Shown here piece by piece: positions 17,810 through 28,295 of a stretch of DNA of 45,585 nucleotides. The stretch spans positions 1 through 45,585 of IMG/VR virus record IMGVR_UViG_3300019874_000008. The stretch is one strand, 5' to 3'. The stretch's first letter is position 1. The number at the start of each line of letters is the position of its first letter. The notes beneath the pieces are model-generated. The model worked only from the letters and a program-made list of their open reading frames with translations, was not told the origin of the DNA and searched no databases. The translations under genes and the position numbers were made by a program. Source of the stretch: a virus. Taxonomy: Duplodnaviria; Caudoviricetes.

Positions 17810-19195
17810 ATGGCAATAGACTTCTTTGGCAAACAGGCCGCTAAACGTGTAGAAGATATTTCACACCAAATGGTTGTGCAGGCAAAGGAAATTAAGAGGG
17901 CCGCTACCCGTGAAGTTGCTGCAGTTCGGTTAGATCGGATAAAAGCTATGCAGGGCAACAGGGCAATGCAGGCTATGTTCAATAATTTCAACACGCAGAT
18001 ATTCCCGCATTACAATGTTGTTAAAGAGCAATTGATATACCAGACACTAGATGATATTTACAGTGTCGTTTCCCGCCTTGCTGAAGCGTCAGCTATGATA
18101 CCGTTCTACGGTGAATATAAAGACGGGTCGGAGTTGAAAGATAATGACAAGCTGCATCTATTCCTTGATACACTTACTTACGAGCAAAGAATTATCGCTT
18201 ACACGTACCTGTTATTGCAAGGGGAAATATTTGCGTATAAGGAGAAAATAGAATTTGGCATCAATGCCGGTGTGCAGCGATTGAAGTTTCTTAATCCGTA
18301 CAACATGGTGGTGAATGTTACGCAGACATTCCCGTTAGAGATAACAGGGTACGCATACTACGATAGTGTGAATGGGTACAGCGTGAATATCCCTATAGAG
18401 GATATGATGTTTGTAAAACTGTTCAACCCTGATATGGATACGCAAAAATCCATCAGAGGATTAGCGCCTATCGCTGTACTTAAACAAAGGATCACAAGAA
18501 TAAAGGCGGGTCTTGACGTGAGTGTAGCGCAGATGCAGAACGGTGGTGTGCCGGGTGTGTTGTATGAAAAGACATTAGGAATAGAGGGAGGCGCTATCGG
18601 TCGCAGGCAGGAACTGTTTGCCCGTTTCCTAAACAATAGTTCCAACAAAGGTGCTCCGTTTATGACGCAGGGGGATCTTGGATATTTAGCCATCGGTAAT
18701 ACTTTGGCTGATATGAATCTTGCAGAACTGGCGAGTATTGACCTTGATAAGATATGTAATGTTTACCACGTTAGCTCAACTGAATTTAATAATAAATCAG
18801 CATCTACCGAAAGCAACGTATCTAATCACAGTAAATCATTTTATACCGCAGGCGTACTGCCAAAGGTAATGATGTTCCGTGATGGGCTTAATTACCAGGT
18901 GCTGCCTGATATACGCACAATTGGCAGGCTAAAAGAAGATATCAGCGACATACCGGAACTGCAGGAAGATATGGAAGCTAAAGCCAGGGGCTATGCTGCA
19001 GCGCCTGTGATGGTGCCTAATGAAGTGCGTGAAGGTTTAGGACAGAAAAGGATCGAAAACGATCCTAATATGGATAAAATATATATCAAAACAGGATACG
19101 CATTATTAGAGGATGTTGCTTCACCGACCGATGATCTCAGCAATGATTCGGGCGATTATACACCACCAACAAACGATAATGGAAAAACTGATTAA
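17810..19195 (+). CDS. Portal protein (HK97 family)
   Basis: RGLAPI, NGGVPGVL, ICNVYHV, PNEVREGLG; follows terL. Confidence 0.9.
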   Translation: MAIDFFGKQAAKRVEDISHQMVVQAKEIKRAATREVAAVRLDRIKAMQGNRAMQAMFNNFNTQIFPHYNVVKEQLIYQTLDDIYSVVSRLAEASAMIPFYGEYKDGSELKDNDKLHLFLDTLTYEQRIIAYTYLLLQGEIFAYKEKIEFGINAGVQRLKFLNPYNMVVNVTQTFPLEITGYAYYDSVNGYSVNIPIEDMMFVKLFNPDMDTQKSIRGLAPIAVLKQRITRIKAGLDVSVAQMQNGGVPGVLYEKTLGIEGGAIGRRQELFARFLNNSSNKGAPFMTQGDLGYLAIGNTLADMNLAELASIDLDKICNVYHVSSTEFNNKSASTESNVSNHSKSFYTAGVLPKVMMFRDGLNYQVLPDIRTIGRLKEDISDIPELQEDMEAKARGYAAAPVMVPNEVREGLGQKRIENDPNMDKIYIKTGYALLEDVASPTDDLSNDSGDYTPPTNDNGKTD

Positions 19196-19346
19196 GCAAA
19201 TAGTGGAAGATGCAATACCCCTTGATATGACCTGCGAAATAAAACGCAGGGAACAATTAAGATTAAGGGCAAAGCTGCGTTTGGATATCGAAGAATTGTT
19301 ACGTTCTGTAGGATATGGCAGACCAGGTCCACAACAACTTAAATAA
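19179..19346 (+). CDS. Hypothetical protein
   Basis: 55-aa ORF bridging portal and minor head genes. Confidence 0.5.
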   Translation: MEKLIKQIVEDAIPLDMTCEIKRREQLRLRAKLRLDIEELLRSVGYGRPGPQQLK

Positions 19347-19347
19347 A

Positions 19348-20064
19348 ATGACCCCTGATGAGCTTACAGCATTCTGGTATAAATTTCATGCTCACATAAA
19401 GCGGCAGGAGGCGATATATGCGCCTAAATTCAACAAAGCATTACGGGAACAGATAAACGCTTATTGCACAAGCGGCACACTGATGGCTGTTAATTCAGAG
19501 CCGGTGTACAAGGTGCTGGTAGAACTTTACAGGAATGTATCTGTTATCTGGGCACATCAATCACTTATACAAAGAAGAAAATCCCGTCAGCCTATGGGCT
19601 TCAGTGAGCGTATAATAGAGCTTATGAAGCAGTACTACGGCATAGACCTGCTTAACGATGCTGAAGGAATAACTGAGACAACAAAAGAGGTGATACGTCG
19701 CGTGTTGTTGCAGGCAGAAATAGACGGCATAGGTTTCGATGATATAGTCGACAGGCTTGCAGATACTGCACTTACACGTATCCGTGCCCGTCTTATAGCC
19801 CGTACAGAGATCGTTACCGCTTCCAATGGCGCTGCCGTTATACAGGCCAAAGAATCAGGGCTCACTTTAAATAAGGAATGGGTGTCTGCGCGGGATAACA
19901 GGGTACGTCACGATCACAGGGAGGTCAACGGTAAAATAGTTGGCCTCAATGACGATTTTAAGGTAGGTGCTGTTTTCATGTCACAACCAGGTGATAAGCG
20001 TGGTGGTGCCGCTAACTGCTGTAACTGCCGGTGCTGTACTGTATTTAACCAGGTGTTTGTATAA
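19348..20064 (+). CDS. Minor head protein (Mu gpF/SPP1 gp7-like)
   Basis: RARLIARTE, KEWVSARDNRVRHDH, NCRC. Confidence 0.9.
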   Translation: MTPDELTAFWYKFHAHIKRQEAIYAPKFNKALREQINAYCTSGTLMAVNSEPVYKVLVELYRNVSVIWAHQSLIQRRKSRQPMGFSERIIELMKQYYGIDLLNDAEGITETTKEVIRRVLLQAEIDGIGFDDIVDRLADTALTRIRARLIARTEIVTASNGAAVIQAKESGLTLNKEWVSARDNRVRHDHREVNGKIVGLNDDFKVGAVFMSQPGDKRGGAANCCNCRCCTVFNQVFV

Positions 20065-20080
20065 TTTTTGAGAAGGATAG

Positions 20081-20356
20081 TTAATACCATCTTTGAGTGC
20101 AGATAGCGGTTATTACATTTTTACTAAAATCCTTATTATCATAATTAAATTCTATTTTAGGATTTTTTTCTATAGATATAATTCTCTTATTATCTGGTAA
20201 ATGAATAAGATGTTTATACTCATCGTTAATAGGTTCTATAAAAGAAAAAAATTTTTTTATATAAGAGGTATTGTTAGGGTCAAACCCGTTATCTATTAGC
20301 TTTTCCCTTATAGCATTATCTAATGCTTTTTGAATATCGTTTGTTTCAATTGTCAT
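20081..20356 (-). CDS. Hypothetical AT-rich moron protein
   Basis: 91-aa reverse ORF in otherwise non-coding gap. Confidence 0.6.
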   Translation of the reverse strand: MTIETNDIQKALDNAIREKLIDNGFDPNNTSYIKKFFSFIEPINDEYKHLIHLPDNKRIISIEKNPKIEFNYDNKDFSKNVITAICTQRWY

Positions 20357-20604
20357 TTCAACATTTTATATTTTTTCTTGTGAATCAACTTCAGATTAAC
20401 CGCCTCCATTTTATCGTACAACATCAATGACACTCCTAAATCTGTTTGCATAGCATCTATATTTACGTAATTAACATTTTCTCCGTCAACTAAGCATTAT
20501 ATTTTGGCCTAAACTAAATTGCTCGGTTGCAAAAGCTACTTTATTATGGCTGTGATCACCGAAACGAAACGACACAATTAAAGGTGTGTTATGTAAAACT
20601 ATTT

Positions 20605-20799
20605 TCATTTTGTTTCCCCCTTGTCAATAGTTTGCCTTTGAAGTGTGGGTATGCCGTCACGATCAAGTTTTTCACGGGCCGCTTTATCATAAAAACCTCC
20701 GATTGTTTCCTGCCCTACCAATATTTTTTTTACTTCTTCGCAAATCTGTTTATCTACTCTTTGCGAAACTGTGATATATTTCTTTTTTGGAATTTGCAT
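20605..20799 (-). CDS. Small ribbon-helix-helix-like DNA-binding protein
   Basis: ITVSQRVDKQICEEVK; minus-strand promoter TTTG-N19-TATATTTG at 20838-20808. Confidence 0.6.
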   Translation of the reverse strand: MQIPKKKYITVSQRVDKQICEEVKKILVGQETIGGFYDKAAREKLDRDGIPTLQRQTIDKGETK

Positions 20800-20869
20800 A
20801 AGTGTAGCAAATATACTACACACTTTATTGGCTACAAAGCAAATGCAATAATTTATTTTTACTTCCAAG

Positions 20870-21535
20870 ATGCTTAAATCAGTTTCCAGCGATATTACAG
20901 ACATAGACGAGAAAGGTAGAATTGTCGTTGCGGCAAACGCTTTCAATAACATTGACAGCGACCGTGATATTTCCATGCCTGGCTCTTTTGATGTAACGAT
21001 CAAACAAAACTTTGCACGGTTAAAATGGTTTTTGAACCATGACCGCATGCAGCTTTTAGGCGTGCCATTAGAGGCAACTCCTACAAAGGAGTACTTAAAG
21101 GTAGTAGGGCAGATCAACCTGGATAAACAGATTGGCCGTGATACCTACGCTGATTATAAGTTGTTTGCTGACCACGGCAAAACCCTTGAACACTCAATAG
21201 GAGTGGATGCGATAAAGTATATGGATGACAGGGAAAATAACGTGCGTAAGGTAACCGAGTGGAAGTGGTGGGAATATTCTACCCTTACATCTTGGGGCGC
21301 TAACGAAAACACACCTTTGCTATCCATTAAATCAGCAAGCCCCGCACAGGCGCTTGACCTGTTTGAACTAAGAATGGAGAAAGGCCAATACACAGACGAA
21401 ACATTTAACGAGATAGAGCAATCAATTAAACGTTTAAAATCACTGATGACGGCGCAACAGCAAAAGTCACAGCCGGTTTCTGCCGATGTACTGGCGGGGG
21501 TTTCAGCACAATTTTTAAAATCATTAACAAACTAA
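20870..21535 (+). CDS. HK97-family prohead protease
   Basis: DSDRDI..PGSF, FLNHD, HSIG, WEYSTL.WGAN. Confidence 0.92.
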   Translation: MLKSVSSDITDIDEKGRIVVAANAFNNIDSDRDISMPGSFDVTIKQNFARLKWFLNHDRMQLLGVPLEATPTKEYLKVVGQINLDKQIGRDTYADYKLFADHGKTLEHSIGVDAIKYMDDRENNVRKVTEWKWWEYSTLTSWGANENTPLLSIKSASPAQALDLFELRMEKGQYTDETFNEIEQSIKRLKSLMTAQQQKSQPVSADVLAGVSAQFLKSLTN

Positions 21536-21549
21536 CTAAAACTTCAACA

Positions 21550-22842
21550 ATGAAGATAAATAAATTTTACGATGCTGATCCCGCCGATAAAGGCGGTGGC
21601 GCACCCCCTGCACTAACTGCTGACCTTTTGATGAAAGAGCTTACTACCATTAAAAGTGCACTTGAAAAGAACTTTGAAAAGAAAGCAGCTGACCAGGAAA
21701 AGAATTACGAAGAAAAACTGGCAACAGTTGTTCAAACGATCGAAGACCTGAAAGCCCTTGACGCTGCAAAAGCAACGGCCGAGCAGTTAAAAGAGATCAA
21801 GGTCGACTTGGATATCACCATTAAAGCCTTTGATAAATTGCAGTTGCGTATAAAAGCAGATGCAATGACAAACAGTAACGGCAGGGCTGAAGATATGAGT
21901 ATGACCGGCCAGATTAATAAAGCACTTGCCAATAAAATGGAAGAGATTAAGTCTGGTGCTATTACCAGTAAATCTATCCGTGACCAGGGTATGACGCTTA
22001 AAGCTGTTCAGACCATGACGGTTATAGGCAACATGAATACCGGCGTAGTGCCTAATACATACCGCTCGGGTATCGTACCGCAACCTTTTGAAAACGTGCA
22101 TTTACGTGACCTGGTGAATATCACCCCGTCCGAAACAGATTCTTACCATTTTTTCCGCCATGCATCAACAGGTGAGGGCGCTATCACATGGCAGGGTAAT
22201 GAGAATGGAACGAAAGCACAGTTTGATGAGGATTTTGTAGAGATTACTGTAAACCTGGACTACCTGGCAGGTTTCTTAAAGATCAGTAAAAAAATGCTGC
22301 GTAATTTCGCTGGCTTACAGGCGTACTTAGGTCGCTGGTTACCGGAAAAATATTATCAAGCTGAAGATACAAAAGGGTATCAGTACCTTATTGCTAATGC
22401 AACAGGTGTAGCGGATACAAGTGGTACAGATATGATCAGCCAGATCATACGTACTATCGGTAAGCAAAAGAAAGCAAAATACAATGTTAATGGTATAGTG
22501 GTTGACGGCGAAGTATGGGCAAGAATATTAACCTACAAAGCAACAACTTCGGGCGAATTTACACAGCCTATCGGCGTGGTGAACATCCGCCCTGACGGCA
22601 CCTTAATGATCTGCGGTATCCCCGTTTACACAGCCTCTTGGGTTGGGGGGGATGAAGCGATCGTAGGTGACTGGAGATACTTCGAGATCATACAAAGCGA
22701 AGGGTTGCAATTGGGTTTCTTCGAGCAGGATGGTACCAACGTACAACAGAACCTTATCACTGTACGTATCGAGGCCAGCGTAGGATTTGCAATGCTTGAT
22801 CCAAAAGCATTTGCGGTGTTGAGCCTTGAATCAGTTTCTTAA
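21550..22842 (+). CDS. Major capsid protein (HK97 fold with delta domain)
   Basis: Coiled-coil N-terminus, 430 aa, GIPV...VGDW...PKAF. Confidence 0.93.
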   Translation: MKINKFYDADPADKGGGAPPALTADLLMKELTTIKSALEKNFEKKAADQEKNYEEKLATVVQTIEDLKALDAAKATAEQLKEIKVDLDITIKAFDKLQLRIKADAMTNSNGRAEDMSMTGQINKALANKMEEIKSGAITSKSIRDQGMTLKAVQTMTVIGNMNTGVVPNTYRSGIVPQPFENVHLRDLVNITPSETDSYHFFRHASTGEGAITWQGNENGTKAQFDEDFVEITVNLDYLAGFLKISKKMLRNFAGLQAYLGRWLPEKYYQAEDTKGYQYLIANATGVADTSGTDMISQIIRTIGKQKKAKYNVNGIVVDGEVWARILTYKATTSGEFTQPIGVVNIRPDGTLMICGIPVYTASWVGGDEAIVGDWRYFEIIQSEGLQLGFFEQDGTNVQQNLITVRIEASVGFAMLDPKAFAVLSLESVS

Positions 22843-22862
22843 GTTTTGGTTAATTGAATAAT

Positions 22863-22893
22863 AAAAGCCCTGCCATAACAGGCGGGGCTTTTT
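22863..22893 (+). terminator. Intrinsic terminator after capsid gene
   Basis: AAAAGCCCTGCC-ATAACA-GGCGGGGCTTTTT. Confidence 0.85.
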
Positions 22894-22906
22894 AAAATAA
22901 CATAGA

Positions 22907-23470
22907 ATGGACTACTATCGTAACGCTGACAAACGGGATACCTGCAACGCAGGCGTTTCTTACAACCAGGTGATCGATGTAGATAATAATGCTGCAGTAG
23001 GAGTAGAACTTTTTACGGCAACAGAGTTCAAGGATGAGTTTGCTAAAATTGATACAGATGATGAGGGTGGACTGATATCAGCACTTATAACATCAGCCCG
23101 CAGGATGTGTGAACAATGGGTAGGAATGAATTTTATTGCCCGTAAGGTTACCGCAACGATCAATAACAGCAACGGCGGGTCTTATTTACCATACGGGCCG
23201 GTAAGCGGAGCGCCAACAGCTAACGATGCAGATGGCGCCGCAATAACAGACCTTGTTTTAACAAGTTCAGCATTTAAGCAGATAGGGACACCGGTAACGG
23301 ATTTCGTGCAGGTTACTTACACTGGCGGTTACACAACAGGCAACTGCCCGGCAGAACTTATAACAGCAGTAAAAATGCAGGCTTTGTATATGTATGAGAA
23401 CAGGGGCGATGTTACAGGCGGGTTAAGCACACAGGCGCAACAGATATTGTTACCGCTAAAAAGGATCTAA
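22907..23470 (+). CDS. Head-tail connector (HK97 gp6-like)
   Basis: LISALITSARRMCE...MYENRG. Confidence 0.85.
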   Translation: MDYYRNADKRDTCNAGVSYNQVIDVDNNAAVGVELFTATEFKDEFAKIDTDDEGGLISALITSARRMCEQWVGMNFIARKVTATINNSNGGSYLPYGPVSGAPTANDADGAAITDLVLTSSAFKQIGTPVTDFVQVTYTGGYTTGNCPAELITAVKMQALYMYENRGDVTGGLSTQAQQILLPLKRI

Positions 23471-23472
23471 CA

Positions 23473-23826
23473 ATGGCAACATCAAGACAAGGCACGGGCG
23501 CAAAGGACAGGAAAGTTGAGTTTGTGAATTATACAGACGGGCAGGACACCTACGGAGGTCCTACGAGTACAGAAAGAGAGCGTTTTGAAAAGTGGGCAAA
23601 TGTGAAAGATAGATCAGGCGGTCCGCAGAACGGACAGGCGCAGGAGGTTTGGCAGTATGACGCCGAGGTAGTTATAAGGTATGACGCAAGGGTAACAAGT
23701 GGCAGTATCATGGTTTACAGCGGTAACAGGTACAAAATAAATAACCTTCGCATAAGTGGTGAGGGGTACAAAAAAGAAATGATCATGCAGACTTCTAAAA
23801 TAGAAACTGCAACAAACATATCGTAA
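23473..23826 (+). CDS. Head closure/head-tail adaptor
   Basis: DTYGG...WANV...IRY...YKI; position. Confidence 0.8.
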   Translation: MATSRQGTGAKDRKVEFVNYTDGQDTYGGPTSTERERFEKWANVKDRSGGPQNGQAQEVWQYDAEVVIRYDARVTSGSIMVYSGNRYKINNLRISGEGYKKEMIMQTSKIETATNIS

Positions 23827-24428
23827 TGGCGGGTTTCAAAATAGAGATCAAAGGATTAGCCGAACTGCAACAGCGGTTATCTAAACCTGAGGTTGACGCC
23901 AAAATAAACAAAGTTCTTTCAAAGTTTGGTAATGATGTTCGTACGGAGGCAATAAGACGTGCGCCGGTTAATGAAGGACGGTTACGGCAATCGATATTCT
24001 ACCAGGCAGGGCAACTGCAGGTTACTATCGGGGCTAACGTAGATTACGCAGCCTATGTTGAATTTGGTACACGTAAATTCGCAGCCGCCTACGTCGCAAC
24101 ATTACCGGCATCCTGGCAGGTATTCGCAAGGAATTATAAAGGCCCCGCCGGTGGAACGTTCGATCAGCTTGTGATGAGAATTTATGAATGGGTAAGGAAG
24201 AAAGGTATCAGGGCTAATCCGAAACAGGGGGTACAGGAAGATAATTTCAGTGCGGGCAGACTGAAACAGCCCCGTAAAGCCAAAAAGCAGAACAAGGAAA
24301 GCGAACAGCAGCAACTGGCTTACGCTATTGCGCTGAAAATATTAAGAGATGGCATAAAGCCGCAACCATTTTTGTTTCCCGCTTACAATGCGGTGATATC
24401 AAAACTGGAGAATAAGATCGAATTATGA
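23826..24428 (+). CDS. HK97 gp10-like tail completion protein
   Basis: APVNEGRLRQSI, YAAYVEFGT, PQPFLFPA. Confidence 0.9.
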   Translation: MAGFKIEIKGLAELQQRLSKPEVDAKINKVLSKFGNDVRTEAIRRAPVNEGRLRQSIFYQAGQLQVTIGANVDYAAYVEFGTRKFAAAYVATLPASWQVFARNYKGPAGGTFDQLVMRIYEWVRKKGIRANPKQGVQEDNFSAGRLKQPRKAKKQNKESEQQQLAYAIALKILRDGIKPQPFLFPAYNAVISKLENKIEL

Positions 24429-24859
24429 GAGATATAAACAAGGAACTACGCAAAGCCTACTTTACCGCACTCAGCGGTATAACTAACGGCGGCGCACCTG
24501 TTCCGGTTTATTACATGAAGTTGCCAACGAGTGTAGATGCGCTTAATTATATTGTTTACCGTGGTTTGACAAGTAACGACGTATCAACGAAGAACAGTTT
24601 TGACAGCGATACAGGGGTGGTGGTAGAGATACATACCTACACAGACGGAACGAATAACAACGGCAATGCGTCAGATGAAATAGCAGATCAGGTGTTACAA
24701 AGGATCTACCCCAGCCCGCAAAGTACATTGGCAGTAGCGGGTACAGTAGTAAGCAATACAACGGTGCAGGATGATACAACGCAGGATTTTACGGACAGTG
24801 CAAACAGGTCATACATTTCAAGATTTATTACTTTTATTCATAGAATTTATCAAAATTAA
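24425..24859 (+). CDS. Tail terminator protein
   Basis: Size and position between gp10-like and tail tube genes. Confidence 0.65.
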   Translation: MRDINKELRKAYFTALSGITNGGAPVPVYYMKLPTSVDALNYIVYRGLTSNDVSTKNSFDSDTGVVVEIHTYTDGTNNNGNASDEIADQVLQRIYPSPQSTLAVAGTVVSNTTVQDDTTQDFTDSANRSYISRFITFIHRIYQN

Positions 24860-24865
24860 AAAACA

Positions 24866-25297
24866 ATGGCACAACATCCAATTAGCGGAACAGACGTAAT
24901 ACTAATGATCGGTCTTGATGGCATAACCTACAAGAACGTTATCTGTCTCACGTCAAATGGTATTACAAGGGCTACCGCAGAAATTGATGCGGCAAGCAAA
25001 TGTGGTCCTTACACATTACCAGGGGCACAGACCAATGGTGTATCGTTCGAGGGGCAGGTTATTGCCGATCCGTCAGCGGGCAACATTAGCAATGATGACC
25101 TTGATGATTACTGGCGCAATAAAACTACCATATACTGGAAAATGGGTAAAGCCGTTCCTGTATTGGGTGATGTTACCTATTTAGGTACCGGTTTTATTGC
25201 ACAGCTTGACGAGAACTACGGCAACAATGAAGCTGCAACCATGACAGGTACCATCGGTGTATTTGGCTTGATACAGAAAACAACCGCAACCTCTTAA
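24866..25297 (+). CDS. Major tail tube protein
   Basis: ISGTDV...IDAASKC...YLGTGFI; position. Confidence 0.8.
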   Translation: MAQHPISGTDVILMIGLDGITYKNVICLTSNGITRATAEIDAASKCGPYTLPGAQTNGVSFEGQVIADPSAGNISNDDLDDYWRNKTTIYWKMGKAVPVLGDVTYLGTGFIAQLDENYGNNEAATMTGTIGVFGLIQKTTATS

Positions 25298-25300
25298 TTT

Positions 25301-25660
25301 ATGAGTTATATACAAATTGAGATCGGTGGGAAACCGAGGGGTTTGAAGTTTAACCAACTAGCCATTGAGGTATTAACTACCCACAATGACGGTACTAATT
25401 CAGCATTGGTGTATGGTATGGTCTACGGTGGTTTGCGGGGCAATTCTTACGTAAAGCGTGAAGAAGCGGACTACACTTTTGAGCAGGTATGCGATTGGGT
25501 GGATGAAATGAAAGATCGCGCTACCGTAATAGCGTCCGTCAGCGCCACACTTGCTGAAACGCAGTTATGGAAAGATCTTATTGAAACTGCGGTAGGTGAT
25601 GCAGATAAAAAAAAAGTGATACGCCAGCCGAACAAAAAGCGTACTGGTACAAAAACTTAA
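25301..25660 (+). CDS. Tail assembly chaperone (G)
   Basis: Between tail tube and tape measure genes; A9G slippery run near its end. Confidence 0.8.
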   Translation: MSYIQIEIGGKPRGLKFNQLAIEVLTTHNDGTNSALVYGMVYGGLRGNSYVKREEADYTFEQVCDWVDEMKDRATVIASVSATLAETQLWKDLIETAVGDADKKKVIRQPNKKRTGTKT

Positions 25661-25932
25661 AATTCGCATTAGGTAAATTAGGCTGGACAGCTTACGAATA
25701 TTATACAAGTAGCCCCTACGAGTTTTATGCAGCTTGTATGGGCTATTTTGATAAACTGGAGGACGAGAGCCTTGCAACCCGCAACCTTGCATTTGTTATG
25801 GCACGTGCTAACGGTTACAAAGGAACGATAGAAGGGCTTTGGCCACTGAAGAAAAGCAAGGTACAGGCAGAGAAAATGATAATGTCGCAGGAGTTGTGGG
25901 ATACAATTAAAAAGACACATAATATTCAATAA
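25607..25932 (+). CDS. Tail assembly chaperone -1 frameshift extension (GT)
   Basis: -1 frame open from the A-run (SDTPAEQKAYWYKNLKFALGKLGWTAYEYY...) into the 25738..25932 ORF. Confidence 0.8.
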
Positions 25933-27986
25933 TGGCATTAGAGATAAGGGTAGAAGCGCAAACGGGGCCTGCAACTGCTGCAGTCGATAAGCTCGATAAA
26001 TCGCTTGCCAAACTAGGCAATGATGCGAGAACGGCAGGGGCGGAAGTAGCAAGATTGGGAAGGTCGCTTGATCCTGTGTCAGCGGGTATGAATTTATTAA
26101 ACCCGTCTATCAATAATGCAAGTAAATCACTAGAGCGTGTAAAATCAACTGCGGGCACAGCAGGCCAATCATTACAGAACTTAGGTCGTATCGCTCAGGA
26201 TGCCCCCTTTGGTTTTATTGGTATTCAGAATAACATCAACCCTTTACTGGAATCGTTCCAACGATTAAAGGTTGAAACGGGTAGTAGCAGTGCGGCATTT
26301 AAGGCATTAGGGTCATCTTTATTAGGCGCTGGCGGATTAGGGTTGGCTGTTAGTGTGGCAACGGGGCTGCTTACCATATTCGCACAAAACGGATTATTCA
26401 GTACATCCAAAGCGGCTGATGAAGCGACTGAGGCTATAAAAAAATACAAGGATAATATAAAGGGTATTTTTTCGGAAGCTGGTAAAGAAGCAGGCGAAGT
26501 ATTATCACTGATCGCTGTATTAAAAAGTGAAACAGAAACGCGCCAAAGAAAATTACAGGCGCTAAAGGACCTGAAAGAAATTCAGCCTGAAATTTTCGGT
26601 CAATTAAAATTAGAAAAAGATGCAGTTATAGGCTTAGATGTGGCTTACAAGGCATACATAGCTAACTTCAAGAACGTTATTGCTGCAAAAATAATCCAAG
26701 CACAGATAGAAGCTAAAGTAACTAAATTACTAGAGAAACAGGGGGCTACTCAATCAAAATTATCTCAACAATTGTTGGCAGGCTTAAGAACTTCGGCCCA
26801 ACAAATGGCAGCAAATGGGCAAGGAGGATTTTTGCAAAAACTAGATGATAAGGCAAGATCAACCACGAAAGAAATAGCTGTATTGAATAAAGAAATTGAA
26901 GACCTTGTTAGCCAGCTAGTTCCACTTAGTAAGAATGTGGAAATAAAAATTGATAAGGATAAGAAAGCAAAAAAAGACGTCGAAACAATTACTGATGTAC
27001 TAAATAAACTCGGGCATGAATTATACGCCTTATCCAGCCAGGAGATTTTATTTAAAACCGATGAATCAAAGAAAAAGGTAGAGGAAATAGAAAAAACTGT
27101 AGATAAATTAATAACAAAGTTCAGTGTAAGCGCCAACTCTCCATTGATCGAAAAATTATTAGGACTGCGTGATCCATTTATATTAAATCAGTTAAATGCA
27201 ATTTTAAAAAAGGCAGAACAGGTAGAAAATTTAAGGGCATTCAAGGTTGAACTGCCTTTAGATATTGTACCGATTAAACCAAAGTTTCTTATTGACCCCT
27301 CTTTGATAGAGGCTGATATGGTTAAGCAGTTAGGTGATCTCGGCATTACCAAAGGCTTACAGGATGGTATAAACGTAGCCGTAACAGCTTTAAGGTTCCC
27401 GCAATTAACGGCATTATTAGAAAGTGCAAAGCAGGGATTTGCTGAATTGAGTGCCCGGCTAACAGGGGTGCTCGAAAGTACGATCGAGGCATCTTTAGTG
27501 AATGTGGGCAATATTATCGGCGAAAGTATAGGCAAGGCATTACAGGGGCAAGCGTTGAGTGTAAAGGATATTTTCGGATCGGTATTCCAGATAATAGGTG
27601 ATGGGCTAAAAGCGTTTGGCCGGGCGTTAATTGAGTACGGTATTGCTTTGAAGGTGATTAAATTGGCTATTAAAAATCCTATAACTGCAATACTCGGCGG
27701 TATAGCTTTGATTGCGGCAGGCACATTATTGCAATCCGCAGTACCAAAATTCGCTACCGGCGTTGGTAACTTTGCCGGTGGCTCTGCGATAGTAGGTGAA
27801 AGAGGCCCCGAACTGGTAAATCTGCCCACTGGTAGTGACGTTATTCCTAACGGTAGATTAAACGCAATAGGATCAGATACAGCAGGAGGCACACTTAGCT
27901 GCGTTGTAAGAGGGCAGGATCTGATATTCGTATTGAACCAGGCCAATAGGTCTAATGGCCGTAATGGCTTCAGCACTCTCGGCTGA
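25932..27986 (+). CDS. Tape measure protein
   Basis: Long helical Ala/Leu/Lys-rich; QDAPFG...NNI; C-terminal FATG...VGERGPE. Confidence 0.9.
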   Translation: MALEIRVEAQTGPATAAVDKLDKSLAKLGNDARTAGAEVARLGRSLDPVSAGMNLLNPSINNASKSLERVKSTAGTAGQSLQNLGRIAQDAPFGFIGIQNNINPLLESFQRLKVETGSSSAAFKALGSSLLGAGGLGLAVSVATGLLTIFAQNGLFSTSKAADEATEAIKKYKDNIKGIFSEAGKEAGEVLSLIAVLKSETETRQRKLQALKDLKEIQPEIFGQLKLEKDAVIGLDVAYKAYIANFKNVIAAKIIQAQIEAKVTKLLEKQGATQSKLSQQLLAGLRTSAQQMAANGQGGFLQKLDDKARSTTKEIAVLNKEIEDLVSQLVPLSKNVEIKIDKDKKAKKDVETITDVLNKLGHELYALSSQEILFKTDESKKKVEEIEKTVDKLITKFSVSANSPLIEKLLGLRDPFILNQLNAILKKAEQVENLRAFKVELPLDIVPIKPKFLIDPSLIEADMVKQLGDLGITKGLQDGINVAVTALRFPQLTALLESAKQGFAELSARLTGVLESTIEASLVNVGNIIGESIGKALQGQALSVKDIFGSVFQIIGDGLKAFGRALIEYGIALKVIKLAIKNPITAILGGIALIAAGTLLQSAVPKFATGVGNFAGGSAIVGERGPELVNLPTGSDVIPNGRLNAIGSDTAGGTLSCVVRGQDLIFVLNQANRSNGRNGFSTLG

Positions 27987-28030
27987 TGGGACCGGCCCCG
28001 AAAGACAGCTCACGCTCTTTGAAAATACCG

Positions 28031-28062
28031 CTTGACAATCTGGCTAACGCTTCTTATATTTG
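28031..28062 (+). promoter_or_regulatory. Bacteroidota-type promoter firing toward the left dif-like site
   Basis: TTG-N20-TATATTTG. Confidence 0.55.
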
Positions 28063-28109
28063 CTTCGCCGCTGCGCTACAGGTCTAAGCTTCGGCGAAAG
28101 GCATTTAAA

Positions 28110-28139
28110 AACCCATATAACCGAGTTATTATGTTAAAT
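28110..28139 (+). other. dif-like XerC/XerD site (left; 8-bp spacer)
   Basis: AACCCATATAA-CCGAGTTA-TTATGTTAAAT; right arm identical to the E. coli dif XerD arm. Confidence 0.7.
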
Positions 28140-28295
28140 AGGCACACACCTATTCCACGTGCACTTTTAATTGTTTTTTTTGCCCAACGCTACACGTAGA
28201 AGATTGGAATTTGAGGGTGTTCTGTTCCGTTTTTAGCGTTGACGTATAAAATTAAATTACTTTGAAAGTGAGATGGGATATAGTATTTTTTTTTA

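Noticed and set aside
20353-20608. Possible frameshifted minus-strand gene (MKIVLHN... then ...LVDGENV...)
   Set aside because: Two short frames with no recognisable homology or slippery site
27188-27976. Long antisense ORFs (also 44633-45346, 39658-40263, 3773-4300)
   Set aside because: Shadows of well-supported + strand genes with no recognisable motifs
28040-28139. Integron attC site (GGCTAAC...GTTAAAT)
   Set aside because: The ends are not complementary, there is no array or IntI, and the dif reading fits better
28151-28166. Third parS-like site TATTCCACGTGCACTT
   Set aside because: Too many mismatches in the outer arms
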